From contig BAAFSQ010000064.1 of the NCBI GenBank assembly GCA_054661495.1, positions 1 through 32,000 of the forward strand: a DNA stretch of 32,000 nucleotides, in the 5' to 3' direction. Below the pieces are notes generated by a model. It ran no database searches. It saw only the letters and a list, made by a program, of their open reading frames with translations, and was not told the DNA's origin. Positions within the stretch are counted from its first letter, which is position 1. Each line of letters starts with the position of its first letter. Below are positions 18,716 to 29,916 of this stretch, piece after piece. The stretch comes from Zygophlyctis sp. KS116. Taxonomy: Eukaryota; Fungi; Chytridiomycota. Made by a program: the position numbers and the translations under genes.

Positions 18716-20480
18716 ATGCCAGACTCTAGTGTTTTGTCTCATTTGGCAAACAGTGCATCCGATCCAGCAGAACATACTGAATTTGGATCATTAGGATTAT
18801 CACAGCCTACATTGAATGCATTAGTTCAAGGCATGGGATTCTCTAAAATGACTGAGATTCAAGCAAAATCAATTGCACCGGCCATGACCGGAAGAGACAT
18901 TTTAGGAGCTGCTAAAACAGGATCTGGAAAGACTCTAGCATTCTTGATCCCTGCGATTGAGTTGTTGCATAAACTCAGCTTTAAGCCTAGAAATGGAACT
19001 GGTGTAATTGTAATTTCTCCAACTAGAGAACTTGCTCTTCAAATCTTTGGAGTTGCAAAGGAATTGTTTGAAAAACATTCGCAAACTTTTGGGATTGTAA
19101 TGGGTGGCGCTAATCGAAAAGCAGAGGCAGAAAAGTTGGCAAAAGGTGTAAACTTTCTTGTTGCTACGCCTGGTCGGTTATTAGATCATTTACAGAATAC
19201 AAAGGGATTTATGGTTAAAAACTTGAAAATGCTCATTATTGATGAAGCTGATCGTATACTGGAAGTTGGATTTGAGGAAGAAATGCACAAGATTATCAGT
19301 CTTTTACCAAATGGTAAGTATTTTTTCTTTTTTTTAGACACCGCATGTGGAATTAATTTAGGGATGATTAAATCATTTCTTTATTTTATGTGCAAGATTG
19401 AAATTGCGTTTTGTTTGAGGCTAGATTACTGTATGTAATCATAGTTATAGATCGACGCAGAAATTTTTATTTTTTTTATTCTAATACTTTAGAAAGACAA
19501 ACAATGCTTTTTTCTGCAACTCAGACTACTAAAGTGGAAGATTTGGCCAGAGTATCATTGAAAAAGGCTCCATTGTATGTCAATGTTGATGAAAATAAAG
19601 ATGCTGCGACTGCGGATGGTTTAGAGCAGGTATAAGGTCTCATAGTTAAAAACTAGGGTTATGTAGTGTGTCCGACTGAACAAAGGTTCCTGCTCTTATT
19701 CACCTTTCTAAAGAAGAATCTAAAAAAAAAGATCATTGTGTTTCTTTCATCATGCAATTCAGTTAAATTTCATGCAGAACTGTTAAATTACATTGATATT
19801 CCGGTTTTAGACTTACATGTATGATTAAAAGAAACTTAAAATAGGGGAAACAGAAGCAACAGAAAAGAACAACTACATTTTTTGAATTTGTCAATGCTGA
19901 AACTGGAATACTTTTATGTACAGATGTTGCAGCTCGTGGATTGGATATTCCTAGTGTAGATTGGATTATTCAATTTGATCCTCCTGATGATCCAAAAGAG
20001 TATATACATAGAGTTGGAAGAACTGCGCGCGCTGGGGGTAGAGGAAAAGCTTTACTTTTCTTACTTCCTAGTGAGCTTGGATTTTTGCGTTTCTTGAAGC
20101 TAGCTAAAATTCCTCTGAATGAGTATCAGTTTCCTCCCTCTAAAATTGCAAATGTTCAATCTCAGTTAGAAAGGCTAATTGAAAAAAACTATTATTTAAA
20201 CAAGTCTGCCAGGGATGGCTATAGATCATACATTCAAGCATATGCCTCTCACTCTCTTAAAAAAATATTTGATGTCAATGAATTAGATTTGCAAAAAGTT
20301 GCTAGAGCGTATGGTTTTACAGTGCCCCCTTCTGTAAACTTGCTGATTGGTGCCTCTGGTAGATCTGACCGGAAAAAGAGATCCTTAGAAGGAGCTAATG
20401 GATATGGAAACAATAGAAAGGAGCATATATTGAAAACTAGAGAAAGAAAGACAGATGATTCACGTCAATGGTCAAGATAA
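18716..20480 (+). CDS. HAS1: DEAD-box RNA helicase Has1/DDX18
   Basis: [85 protein letters not shown]; introns 19314-19492, 19630-19656, 19819-19844. Confidence 0.97.
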
Positions 20481-20517
20481 ATCATAAAACGTTTTAATAA
20501 AAAATCTTGAGATAATT

Positions 20518-21603
20518 TTACTCTGTATTTTCTACAGCTTCTTCGTTAAGCTTTGTAGGAGGCTCAACATGCTGCTGAGCTCCAAAGTAAATCTGCCCAG
20601 CAATCATTACAACCACTGCCAACCCAATCCATGCCCAGTATGCCACTTTAACACCAATCAATTTCTCCCCAGAAATTTCTCCATATTCCGTAATCCCCAA
20701 GAAAATATTAATTATTGCTAATAAGACTAATGACCTTCCAAAATACCAATGGACTTTATCCCACCAAGGAATAGAAGTTCTTGTAGGACTCCATAACCAA
20801 TTTGAAATATTACCCAGCGCAATCTGAATAAACATGAATATAAAAATAACCAGTCCTAATTTCTGATGATTGCCCTCAAAGTGATCATCATCTTCAATAT
20901 TTGAAACAATTAGTATAAATGAAATCAAGGAAAGTAATCCTGTGAATACCAAAAACATTCCAACATGAACTCTGAACCACCAGACACCCATCATATTTTT
21001 CAAATACCTAGCAACAAAGATCCCAATAAATGGAGCAACCGCCCAAGCTATAAAGAATAAAACACCATGAGCAATCAATATTGAATCAAAATTATCAACT
21101 TCTTCACTACTTTCTCCAGAGCCAAGGAAATTAATTGGGCCTAAATTTCCTTTTCCAGTTCCATGAAAGGGAAAATCAGAATTTAAATCATTTGCATTTG
21201 ATGGCCCATCATTTGAATGCGCAAAAACAATTTTCGAGTTTGCAGTAATTGTATTATCACTAACGATCGGACGTCGAACCTTGAATGCGAGTTTAACCCA
21301 AGAGTCAGTATTGTTTGTCACTTTTGATGAATTAAAGTTTGAAACTGAATTTATGGAAGGAGTGACATATGTTTTTGCACTTCTTCTGGAAACTACCGGA
21401 TTTCCCAATGAATTGATCCATCCAACTATACATCAGAAACAAGCGGAATTACCATAGATATCAGAATCAATCATGCTAGATCCGATCCCAAAGGAAGCCC
21501 AACCAGATTTAGATGATAAAACTGTAAATTCTACAAACTTTCCATCGACAGTAGATTGCAGACAAAAGTTATCAGTCCCAAAACAAGCCTGATTGAAAGA
21601 CAT
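20518..21603 (-). CDS. DOMON plus cytochrome b561 (CYBDOM-like) membrane redox protein
   Basis: GWASFGIGSSMIDSDIYVGW (after a 27-nt intron), IVFAH..FPFHG; b561 histidines in AHGVLFFIAW, WFRVHVG, HQKLGL, VHWYFGR. Confidence 0.88.
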
Positions 21604-21670
21604 TTTAAATGGATTTTGATGAGGTTCTTGATGACGTCGGCAGTTAACCCCCCGCCCTACAGTATTCAAG

Positions 21671-22525
21671 ATGCACAAGAGACTAATGCATGCATCCAGA
21701 CTACTATTCAGTAGATATGGTAGAATCAGACAATTAAACAGGAATCCGCTTGCATCGGAAGCATCGGACTTGTTGGATTCATTGGCGGTAAATCAGAAAA
21801 CTCAAAAATTGGAACAATGCATGCAAAGCCAAGCTGATTTGGCTAATGATCAGAAATCACCTTTAAAGATGGCAGTAGAAGATGCTGATATGATGCAAAA
21901 GATTTTGAATGTTCATGGGGCAAGACAAGAGAATCAAGTCGAAGAAAAAGTTTCAGAGTCTGATTGGTACTTGGATGCTGCCCATAACATTCCTGAAGAG
22001 TGGAAGGATTTTGTTCCTAAATGGCAGAAATCAATGAGAAAACTTCCACAAGAAAAAGTATTGGAAGATGATCCGATACTTACTTTGGCTGCATTGATTG
22101 ACACAATTAAAAAGGAAAATGGGGTTGGTTCTATTGCTATTAACATGGCTAAAAAATGTGATTATACAGATGCATTGATTTTTACTCAGGGAAATAATGG
22201 TAGACATGTGGCTGCTATTGCAGAGGCTGTTAAAAAATTGGTATTTTTCCAAACTTTTAAGATTTAATAGGCTAAATCAAAAATATCTACAGACTCTTCT
22301 CTTCCAAATCAAATATACTCGTCTGATGCTAAAGGTCAAGATTGGATAATTGTGGATATGGGCAAATTTATAGTGCATGTTTTTACTGCAGAAGTAAGAG
22401 AATATTATGATTTAGAGGGATTATGGACATTTGTGGTTGATCCTTCAAAGGACGCGCAAATAAAGAATGATTTAACTGCAAGTAACTTGTTAAAAGTCGG
22501 ACAAGAGGAAAAAACAAATCAATAA
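21671..22525 (+). CDS. Mitochondrial RsfS/MALSU1/Atp25-N-like ribosome silencing factor
   Basis: Presequence-like N-terminus; DYTDALIFTQGNNGRHVAAIAEAV, intron 22241-22270, DWIIVDMGKFIVHVFTAEVREYYDLEGLW. Confidence 0.88.
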
Positions 22526-22628
22526 TCATAATACTCTAGGCTTTTGAATTTAGATTTATTGATTAAAAATACATAAATTAGATTATTCCGATTATTTTCC
22601 TTTGTTAAAAAGTATTTAAACTGCGATA

Positions 22629-23989
22629 ATGGGCGTAACGTCAAAGTTTCTATTATGTAACTCTGAAACTAGAATACGATCTAAAGATATGTTTATGGTA
22701 TTTTAGATTATCTGATTATAGCTAATGGCTCTATGGATGGAAAAGATGGTATTTTATCTGCTTTTAATAATACAAGCCAGTAGATCCATGTCCGATTTTC
22801 CCAAATCTTCCAGGAGCTGCTCGGCCAACTGGATGCGTAGTATTATACTTTATATGTAATAGTAGTTGGTGGATTCTAAAGATAATATTGTGGCCATGGA
22901 TAGAACAGGCGAAAGTCATGCGATTGTCCGAACTATTTTAAGCTCAACTAAAGATCCAAAAGGATTTGATATGTACTTTTTTTTGTAAATTGAATTAGAT
23001 AGTTATGTATCTCGATTTCCTTGTGCTTTATGTGCCAAGTTAATGGTCCAAGCGGGAATTAGAAAAATGTAATTCCAATGATTAATTATTCCAGTTATTA
23101 TTTTCCTGCGAGGGAAGAAGAAGTAAAGTATAATTTATTCAATCAGAAAAGTCCTTCTAAAACCGAGAATGATAAGCAAGAGCGAAATTATCAATCAGTA
23201 ATGCGCCTGATTCAGAATAATTCAATTGCATTATCTTTATATGTGCCTCAGTGGATTCATCCGCAGATTTCGCCTGAAGAAGAGGAAGAGTTGGCACAAT
23301 TATACTCTGTCCCAGATTCTTGGGGTTGGTTTTTAGATGAAACTGTAGGCGATTGTCCCAATGTGATTGGAAGATGGGATGGAATTACTAAAAAGTTTAA
23401 GAAAACAGTCCTAGCCATCTATATTTTACATCAAAAATATCAGGGACGAGTTATATCATATCAAAATGGTCAAGAAAGGACAAATTACAACACTCCAGAT
23501 ATATTTCGCCATGCTAGTACTATTTTAATATTTATTAATTTTATAGTTGTTTTAGCTCAACTAGCTGCTAAAAGAACAGATGATCCCAAAGTTGGTGTGG
23601 GTGCTGTTTTGATAGATGATACGCTTAAATATGTGTCTGTTGGCTGGAATGGGTATCCTAAAAAAGCACACCATTTAGACTATCCCCAGGCGGGAGCAGA
23701 CGATTCAGTAGCAGACTCTGAGCTTAAGTATGATTATATGTTGCATGCAGAACAAAACACGTTACTGTGGAGAAATCCTATTGGATGCAGAATCAATGCT
23801 GATTATATTTTAGTTTCAACTAAAATGCCTTGTGATGAATGCTCCCCAGTGATTTACGATTGCGGAATTAAATCTATCGTCACTGTACCTCAGATGCCTA
23901 AAGCACTCGATGATCCAGCAAGATTAAGAGGACTTACATACGAAAAAATTTCAAAGTTAATAACCAATCTGCATATTTTTTCACTGTAA
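22629..23989 (+). CDS. Two-domain cytidine/dCMP deaminase, CDADC1-like
   Basis: Spliced N-domain KDMFMLMALWME..SHAIVR..YVSRFPCALCAKLMVQAGIRKIYYFPA; C-domain AAKRTDDPKVGVGAV..GWNGYP..LHAEQNTL..TKMPCDECSPVI; about 7 short introns. Confidence 0.82.
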
Positions 23990-24024
23990 ATGTATAGATT
24001 TAAAAAATAAATATTACAAAAACT

Positions 24025-25787
24025 CTAGATCAACTCTGAGTTTCCAATAAGCGAGGCTGACTCAGGATCAGAATATCCAGTCCACCTTCGAGAATCTACA
24101 CTGTCATCATGTCTGCTTTGAAAAGTTTCATAATCTGATTCATTATCTTGATCCTGCTTCTTTAAATTGAATGACAAACCCGATAAGAGCTGAAATCCTA
24201 TTCCTTGGTTTTGCGGCTTTTCAATTCTGATATATGAGTCTTCTTTTGAGCTCTGTCCCTCAACAACATTCCTCCTTTGATCCCCCGAGTTCTCCCTGAC
24301 TTCTGAGTTCGATTTGTATAATCTCTTTAGCTCAGCCTTTTTTTCATATCTTCCTACACGATTTTCAATTTTTTGTACTGTGACTGACCATTGATCAAAA
24401 GCACTTTCAGCAAGCATAGCGAGAAAGAATGTGGATGATGCTATTCCAAAAAACACATACCATATAAAAACACTCCTCGAGACCATGCCACAGAGAATAT
24501 AATCTCCAAACCCTGTAAATTAAATTTCGTATCAGCTTTTACCAATCGTAAATAGCGAAGTTACTGCAAAATAAATCCCTTCAAAAAAATCCCATCCTTC
24601 AACAAACGCAAAAAAACCACCAAAAATTAAAACATGAAGAATTTCAAAAAGAAGGGCAAACCAAATCTGAACCGAGATGGTTTTCCTAGTCATTCTTTGA
24701 ATCTCCTTCTTTTTTAATTGATCACCACCAACAACTGTTAAAGATGGAAAATGGTCACCTCTAGACACGACCAATGTCTTCCTACGCCTTCCCAGGAATT
24801 GAAAGTCTGATCTGTCTTCATCAAGAGAGCTCCGTTCCTTTTGTTTATCTTTACTAGATCCTAATTCTTTTTCAACATGACTCAATTCTCCATCTGAAGA
24901 CCTTCTATGATGCTCCAGTACATTTTCATGTAATATTTCGAGGGAATCTGAATCTTTACGCAAATTTAAAAATTGCGAGTACTGACCAGCAAGTTTCAAT
25001 GCAAAATATTCCAAAAAAACATGTCAAACTTTTAAAATAATAAAATCATACCTTACTGCCCAAATTGTAGCCCCAAACAAGGCAATACCAGGCAAAGCAA
25101 ATCCCATTAACAATACTTTCCCAATAGTAGTTTTTGGAGCAATATCTCCATACCCAATCGTAGTTAATGTAGAAACTACCCAATACAAGGAATTATAAAA
25201 ACTCCAACCTTCAATCCAACAAAACGTTTCAGCCATTACAATCATAAAAACCATTGATGATATTATAAGTAGAATTAATTGCCTATATGACACTGATAGA
25301 TCCATTAAATAATTATAATGATCTAATCTTAAATTCCTTTCCTGTATTTGTAATAAAAGTGCCACTGTCCAAAAAGAAAAAAATATTACTAAACCTGTAT
25401 ATATCGGAGCCTCTGTCATTACTAAATCCTCTGAAACCCAAGAATATTGAACCATAAACAATAATAACGCCCAACCAGAGAAAACCCCCTGAGCCACTGT
25501 TAAAATAACAATAATGCGAGTCAGCGCCTTAATCTTTTTTTCCAAAAGCAATCTAAAAAACAGCAAAAGAGTACTTGCAATCCCAGCCGCAGTAGAAATT
25601 ATTACCAATTTCTTAATGATGGGATCCATTACATACTGAATATCCTGATCACCAGCACAATGATTAAAAAACGAATGCGACGCTAGCCATCCTGGGATCC
25701 TTGCGCATAAAATCTATTATTAAATTTTAGAATACTTACATTTAGGAATGCAGCGAGGGGAAGAAATAAAATTGACTCTGGACTCAT
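24025..25787 (-). CDS. TOK1: TOK1-like two-pore-domain potassium channel
   Basis: Extra N-terminal TM helices; pore 1 EGWSFYNSLYW..LTTIGYGD; pore 2 EGWDFFEGIYF..LFTIGFGD (after splicing). The junction at 25025-25051 is non-canonical (see findings). Confidence 0.85.
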
Positions 25788-25815
25788 TTGACAGCGTAGG
25801 GCAGTTGAAAAAGTA

Positions 25816-28419
25816 ATGTCAACCCTGTCGTCGCTTTACCAAGAGTCCAAAAGACTCACTACACACATCTCGCCAGAGAGTAATTTACCAAGTCTAGATA
25901 AATCTCTGGATTTGATTTCTGCCTCTGTAAAGAAATTGTCAAAATCTTCATTTTCTACAACTTTACATCCAAAAACAACTTATTTACTCGCGGAAAAAGG
26001 TTTTGATCCGGCAAAGTTACAGAATTCTTTGGCTCAAATTCAGGTCTCGACCGCTTTTGAACCATTGGAATCATGTCTGGATACAGACTTGGAATCTTTT
26101 CTTAGAAATGAACACGATACTCTCATTTCTTGCGCTTTACAGGAATCTAGAAATGCGAATATAAAGTCTTGTGAGTCAATGTTTGAAAGGAAAATGATTC
26201 AGGATTGGGATAATAGGAAAAGGGAAATTTTAAATGTTTCATTAAATAAGAAATATTCTAAAGGTAAGTTGGAAAATACTAAATAATAGAGTCTGGAATC
26301 ATTTCAGAAAAGGAAAAGGCTTTTGCTTCTATTGTGACTGAATTTAATACCTCTAGACTAATTGATGGAGATGGGATAAAGCTTTTGGAAATGTTTAAAC
26401 AAGCGGCAAGTAAAGTTACAGTTCAGGATTCAGAACAGGATTTGATACTAAAATGTTGGGATTTGCTAATTATACTGTTTTCGTAAGATTTTATTCTTGA
26501 TTTTTAGAAAATCAGGAAAATTGACTGAATCTGAATTAAAGAATAATTCTAGAAAATGGTTGGAAAATTCTTACTTGGAATGGTTAAAGAATCATGTAAG
26601 AGGAAGAAAAATGCAAATTGGAGGTATTCCAAGTGTTCATATGGAAATTGATGCAATGATTCGTCTAAGGTTTAAGAGAAATGATATTTGGTCTGTACAA
26701 TGGTTAGATACAAGTACAGTGTCAGATCAGGCTTTTTGGGCTCATGTTTTTCTTTTAGTAAGATGTGGTTTGACTCGGGAGGCGCTAGATTATGTTAAAA
26801 TTCATCAAAAGAGTTTGGATAACACTACTGATCGTTATTTTGGGACTTATCTCTCTGCTTGGATATCTTCTAAAGATGGTAGTTTGCCAAAGAATTTAAG
26901 TGATCGATTATTGACAGAATGGAATGGGCATATAAGAGATATACTGGCAGATTCAAGGTTGCCTCCACGGGGTGATGTGTTCAAGTTTACTCTTTATAAA
27001 ATTATTGGTCAATGTGAAATGAATTCTAAAAATGTGAAATGTGATGCTGTGATTTCTAGCACTGATGATTATTTATGGTTGCAGTTAATGCTTGTTAGAC
27101 CTAGCAATCGGTCAGATCCACCTTATCAGAGATATACAATGAAGGATTTTGCTGCTAAAATGGTCAGTTATGGGGCCTCTTACTTTAAATCTACATCCAT
27201 TTATTATATGGTTCTCTTACTTTGTGGAGAATTTGAAAGAGCTGTTGAGCTCTTGTCTAAAGATCCTGCATTTGCGGTTGAAGCCCTTCATGTGGCTATT
27301 GCTCTTGTGTATCTTTATGTTTTAAGAGTTCCAGAGGATCCTACCTTGTCTAATCTCACCGGAAGTCTTCTCAATGTACATCCTGCTCCAATCAATGGAG
27401 ATGCCTCAGGAAATGAACTTGTAACTTTTGATTTTGCTCGTTTTGTACAGTCATTTGTTAGGAGATGGGCCCGCTCAAACCCATTGGATGCTCTTCAGTA
27501 CTTGTATACTTTAGGGCTTTTGGGTGGTAATGTATCTGGTCCCCAGAGCGCTAGCTCTCAGAAAGCCTACACTGCCATTCTTCATGCTGGAATCCGTGAT
27601 GTAATTCTATGTGCTGAAACTTTTACACCTATATTAGGAGAAATTAGACCTGATGGTACTCGTAGTCTTGGTGAGCTCGAAAAGTTTAAGTCTCTCATCC
27701 ATATTAAGACTTCTGAAGAATTGGCAGATAGGATCATTTTGCCAGCTGCCCAAGCGGCTGAAACAAATGGTATACCAGCTCAAGGGGAAGATCTATTTGC
27801 AAAAACGGTTCAGCTTTATCATTTGTCAGGCCGTTATGAGTATGTTGTTACTCTACTAAATCGCAAACTGAGCGAGTCATTATGTAGCCATCAATATTTC
27901 ACATCATCTATTGCTGAAATTGCAGACCTCAAAAGCTCATTTCCAACCCAGTCAAAGAACATTGTTGAATTATCAAAGCAGTTAGTTTCTTTTTACCGTT
28001 CTCGATCTCATCTTTTATCGGGGATTTTACCTAAAGCTCTTGATTCTTGCACTTTATTGATTTCTTTGCACAGATTTATGGCTGAAGCCCAGTCAAAACT
28101 AGATTTTCAGGCTCTGATATCTCTTGAAAGACTTGATATTCTTCCACTGAATCCAGAATTGATAATCGTTCAGAGAAAAGTTGACCAGTTTCGAAATATT
28201 GATGAAACAATAGCTCGAGTAATTCCAGAAGTTTTAGTTGCTGCCATGACTTGTTTAGAAAGGCTCTATAATCCCCCAAAAGGAGCCACAAAGGAATCTT
28301 CACGAGAATCACTTAAAATGCAAGCCAAAGCTTTATTAATGTTTGCTGGTTGTGTTCAATATCGTATTTCAGGAGATGTTTTTGCTACATTAAATCGCTT
28401 GGATGTCTTGATGATATAA
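25816..28419 (+). CDS. NIC96: Nucleoporin Nic96/Nup93
   Basis: LPSLDKSLDLI, DTDLESFLRNEHD, SRKWLE, WAHVFLLVRCG, FKFTLYKIIGQC, TDDYLWLQL, LLLCGEFERAVELL, QAKALLMFAGCVQYRIS; two introns. Confidence 0.93.
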
Positions 28420-28441
28420 AAAATTAAGTTGAATTTTCAAA

Positions 28442-29809
28442 TCATATTTTATTCTTCTTAATATATTTGACTGTTTCCCCCTTAAAATATGGACGCAATT
28501 TCTTTGGAATTTTGATATCTCCTTCATTTGTTTGATGAGTCTCCAAGATTGAAATTATTAATCTTGGTATCGCGGCTGCTGTTCCATTGATTGTGTGAAC
28601 TAACTCTGTAGCTTTATCCTTTGAATGTTGATTTAAAATGCGCATATTGAGTCTGCAAGCTTGGAAATCTGTACAATTGGAGGCCGAGGAAATCTTGTAA
28701 TTTAGAAACTATTATAAATATTACCTCTCCCCATGCTTTCTTACCTGGCATCCACGCTTCCATATCTACTTTTTGATATGCTGAGGCACCTAATTCCTCT
28801 GAAGGCATATTCAAAATTCTAACTCTTAAATATTAATTGTTTACCTAAAACAAAGTTCTAATCCCTCATTTATCTCTTTTTGAATGACTACAATTTCATT
28901 AAAAAGATCCTGTGACTGATCAGGCCTAGATATACCAAACATTTCAACTTTTGAGAATTGGTGAACTCTATATAAACCTCTATTATTAGCTCCAGCAAGA
29001 CCTTCTGCTCTAAACGCCCTTCCAAATCCAGCCATTCTGATTGGTAAGTCTTTTAAAGTTTCATTTGAATACATTCCAGCCAATGGAAATTCGGCAGTTG
29101 CAGTTAAACACATTTGAACATTTTCCTTTTTAGAATGCGAAACAAAATACGTTTGAGGATCCGTCGTCCTCGGTTTGAAGCCACACGAATCTACTAGATC
29201 ATAACGAATCACATCTGGTGTTATTACTGGTTTAAAACCATATTTAGAGCATATATCTATTGCATATCTTGTAAGAGCTAGTTCTAGCAATGCCCCATCG
29301 TTTTTCAGAAAATAAAATGAATTTCCAGCCACTTTCCCTCCTCTATCCATATCTATCAAATCATGTAATTTCCCCAATTCCAAATGATCCTTTAGGGTCT
29401 GGTTTCCACATATGAGTCTAGGTGTTCCTGAAATTAATATTGTTTGTGCTCTTGACTGATCTCCAATTGGAGTAAATGGATGCAATTGATTTGGAATCTG
29501 CGTAATTTCTTCTAGTATTTCTTTTTCTAATTTTGAATTTTCTGCTTCCTTTTGAGATATTTCCTTTTTCAACTCTTTAACTGATTCTAGTTTACCCTTA
29601 TCACTTGAACCTTGCCCCAGTAGTTGTGAGAGTTTGTTTTTAGATGCTCGTAATGAGTTTAGCGAGAATGATTCAGCATTCCATTTTTTATACTTTTCTG
29701 CCAGATCTTTTACATTAAGCACCACTATATTCCTAGATCTCAGATTGCATTCCAATTTCTTTATGTCTGATAATTGTTTTGTGATTGCACCGAGTTGAGA
29801 GAGTTTCAT
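28442..29809 (-). CDS. Seryl-tRNA synthetase, probably mitochondrial (Dia4/SARS2-like)
   Basis: CLTATAEFPL, FRAE..RGLYRVHQFSKVEMF, ELGASAYQKVDMEAWMPG..WGEISSASNCTDFQ, HTINGTAAAIPRLIISILE; two introns. Start at 29809 or 29893. Confidence 0.9.
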
Positions 29810-29916
29810 CCTTTTCAATCTGAACCCTAAAATCTTCAACACCTTCACAGCGTCAAGGTCCTGTGTTTTACGAACAAAGTTTGAAAAAAACATAGGATTA
29901 AATAGATCACTAGACT

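Noticed and set aside
908-20480. Mucorales-style TPT-HMG-RNA helicase synteny
   Set aside because: The helicase is housekeeping HAS1, 14.6 kb and about ten genes away, and no triose-phosphate transporter is in the window. It gives no real support for a sex locus.
2033-28312. Small alternative-frame or antisense ORFs (2033-2254, 4844-5029, 5741-5989, 7380-7604, 9726-9971, 10229-10417, 13365-13577, 13971-14287, 18236-18430, 21934-22252, 27653-27859, 28076-28312)
   Set aside because: They are shadows of well-supported genes and contain no recognisable motifs.
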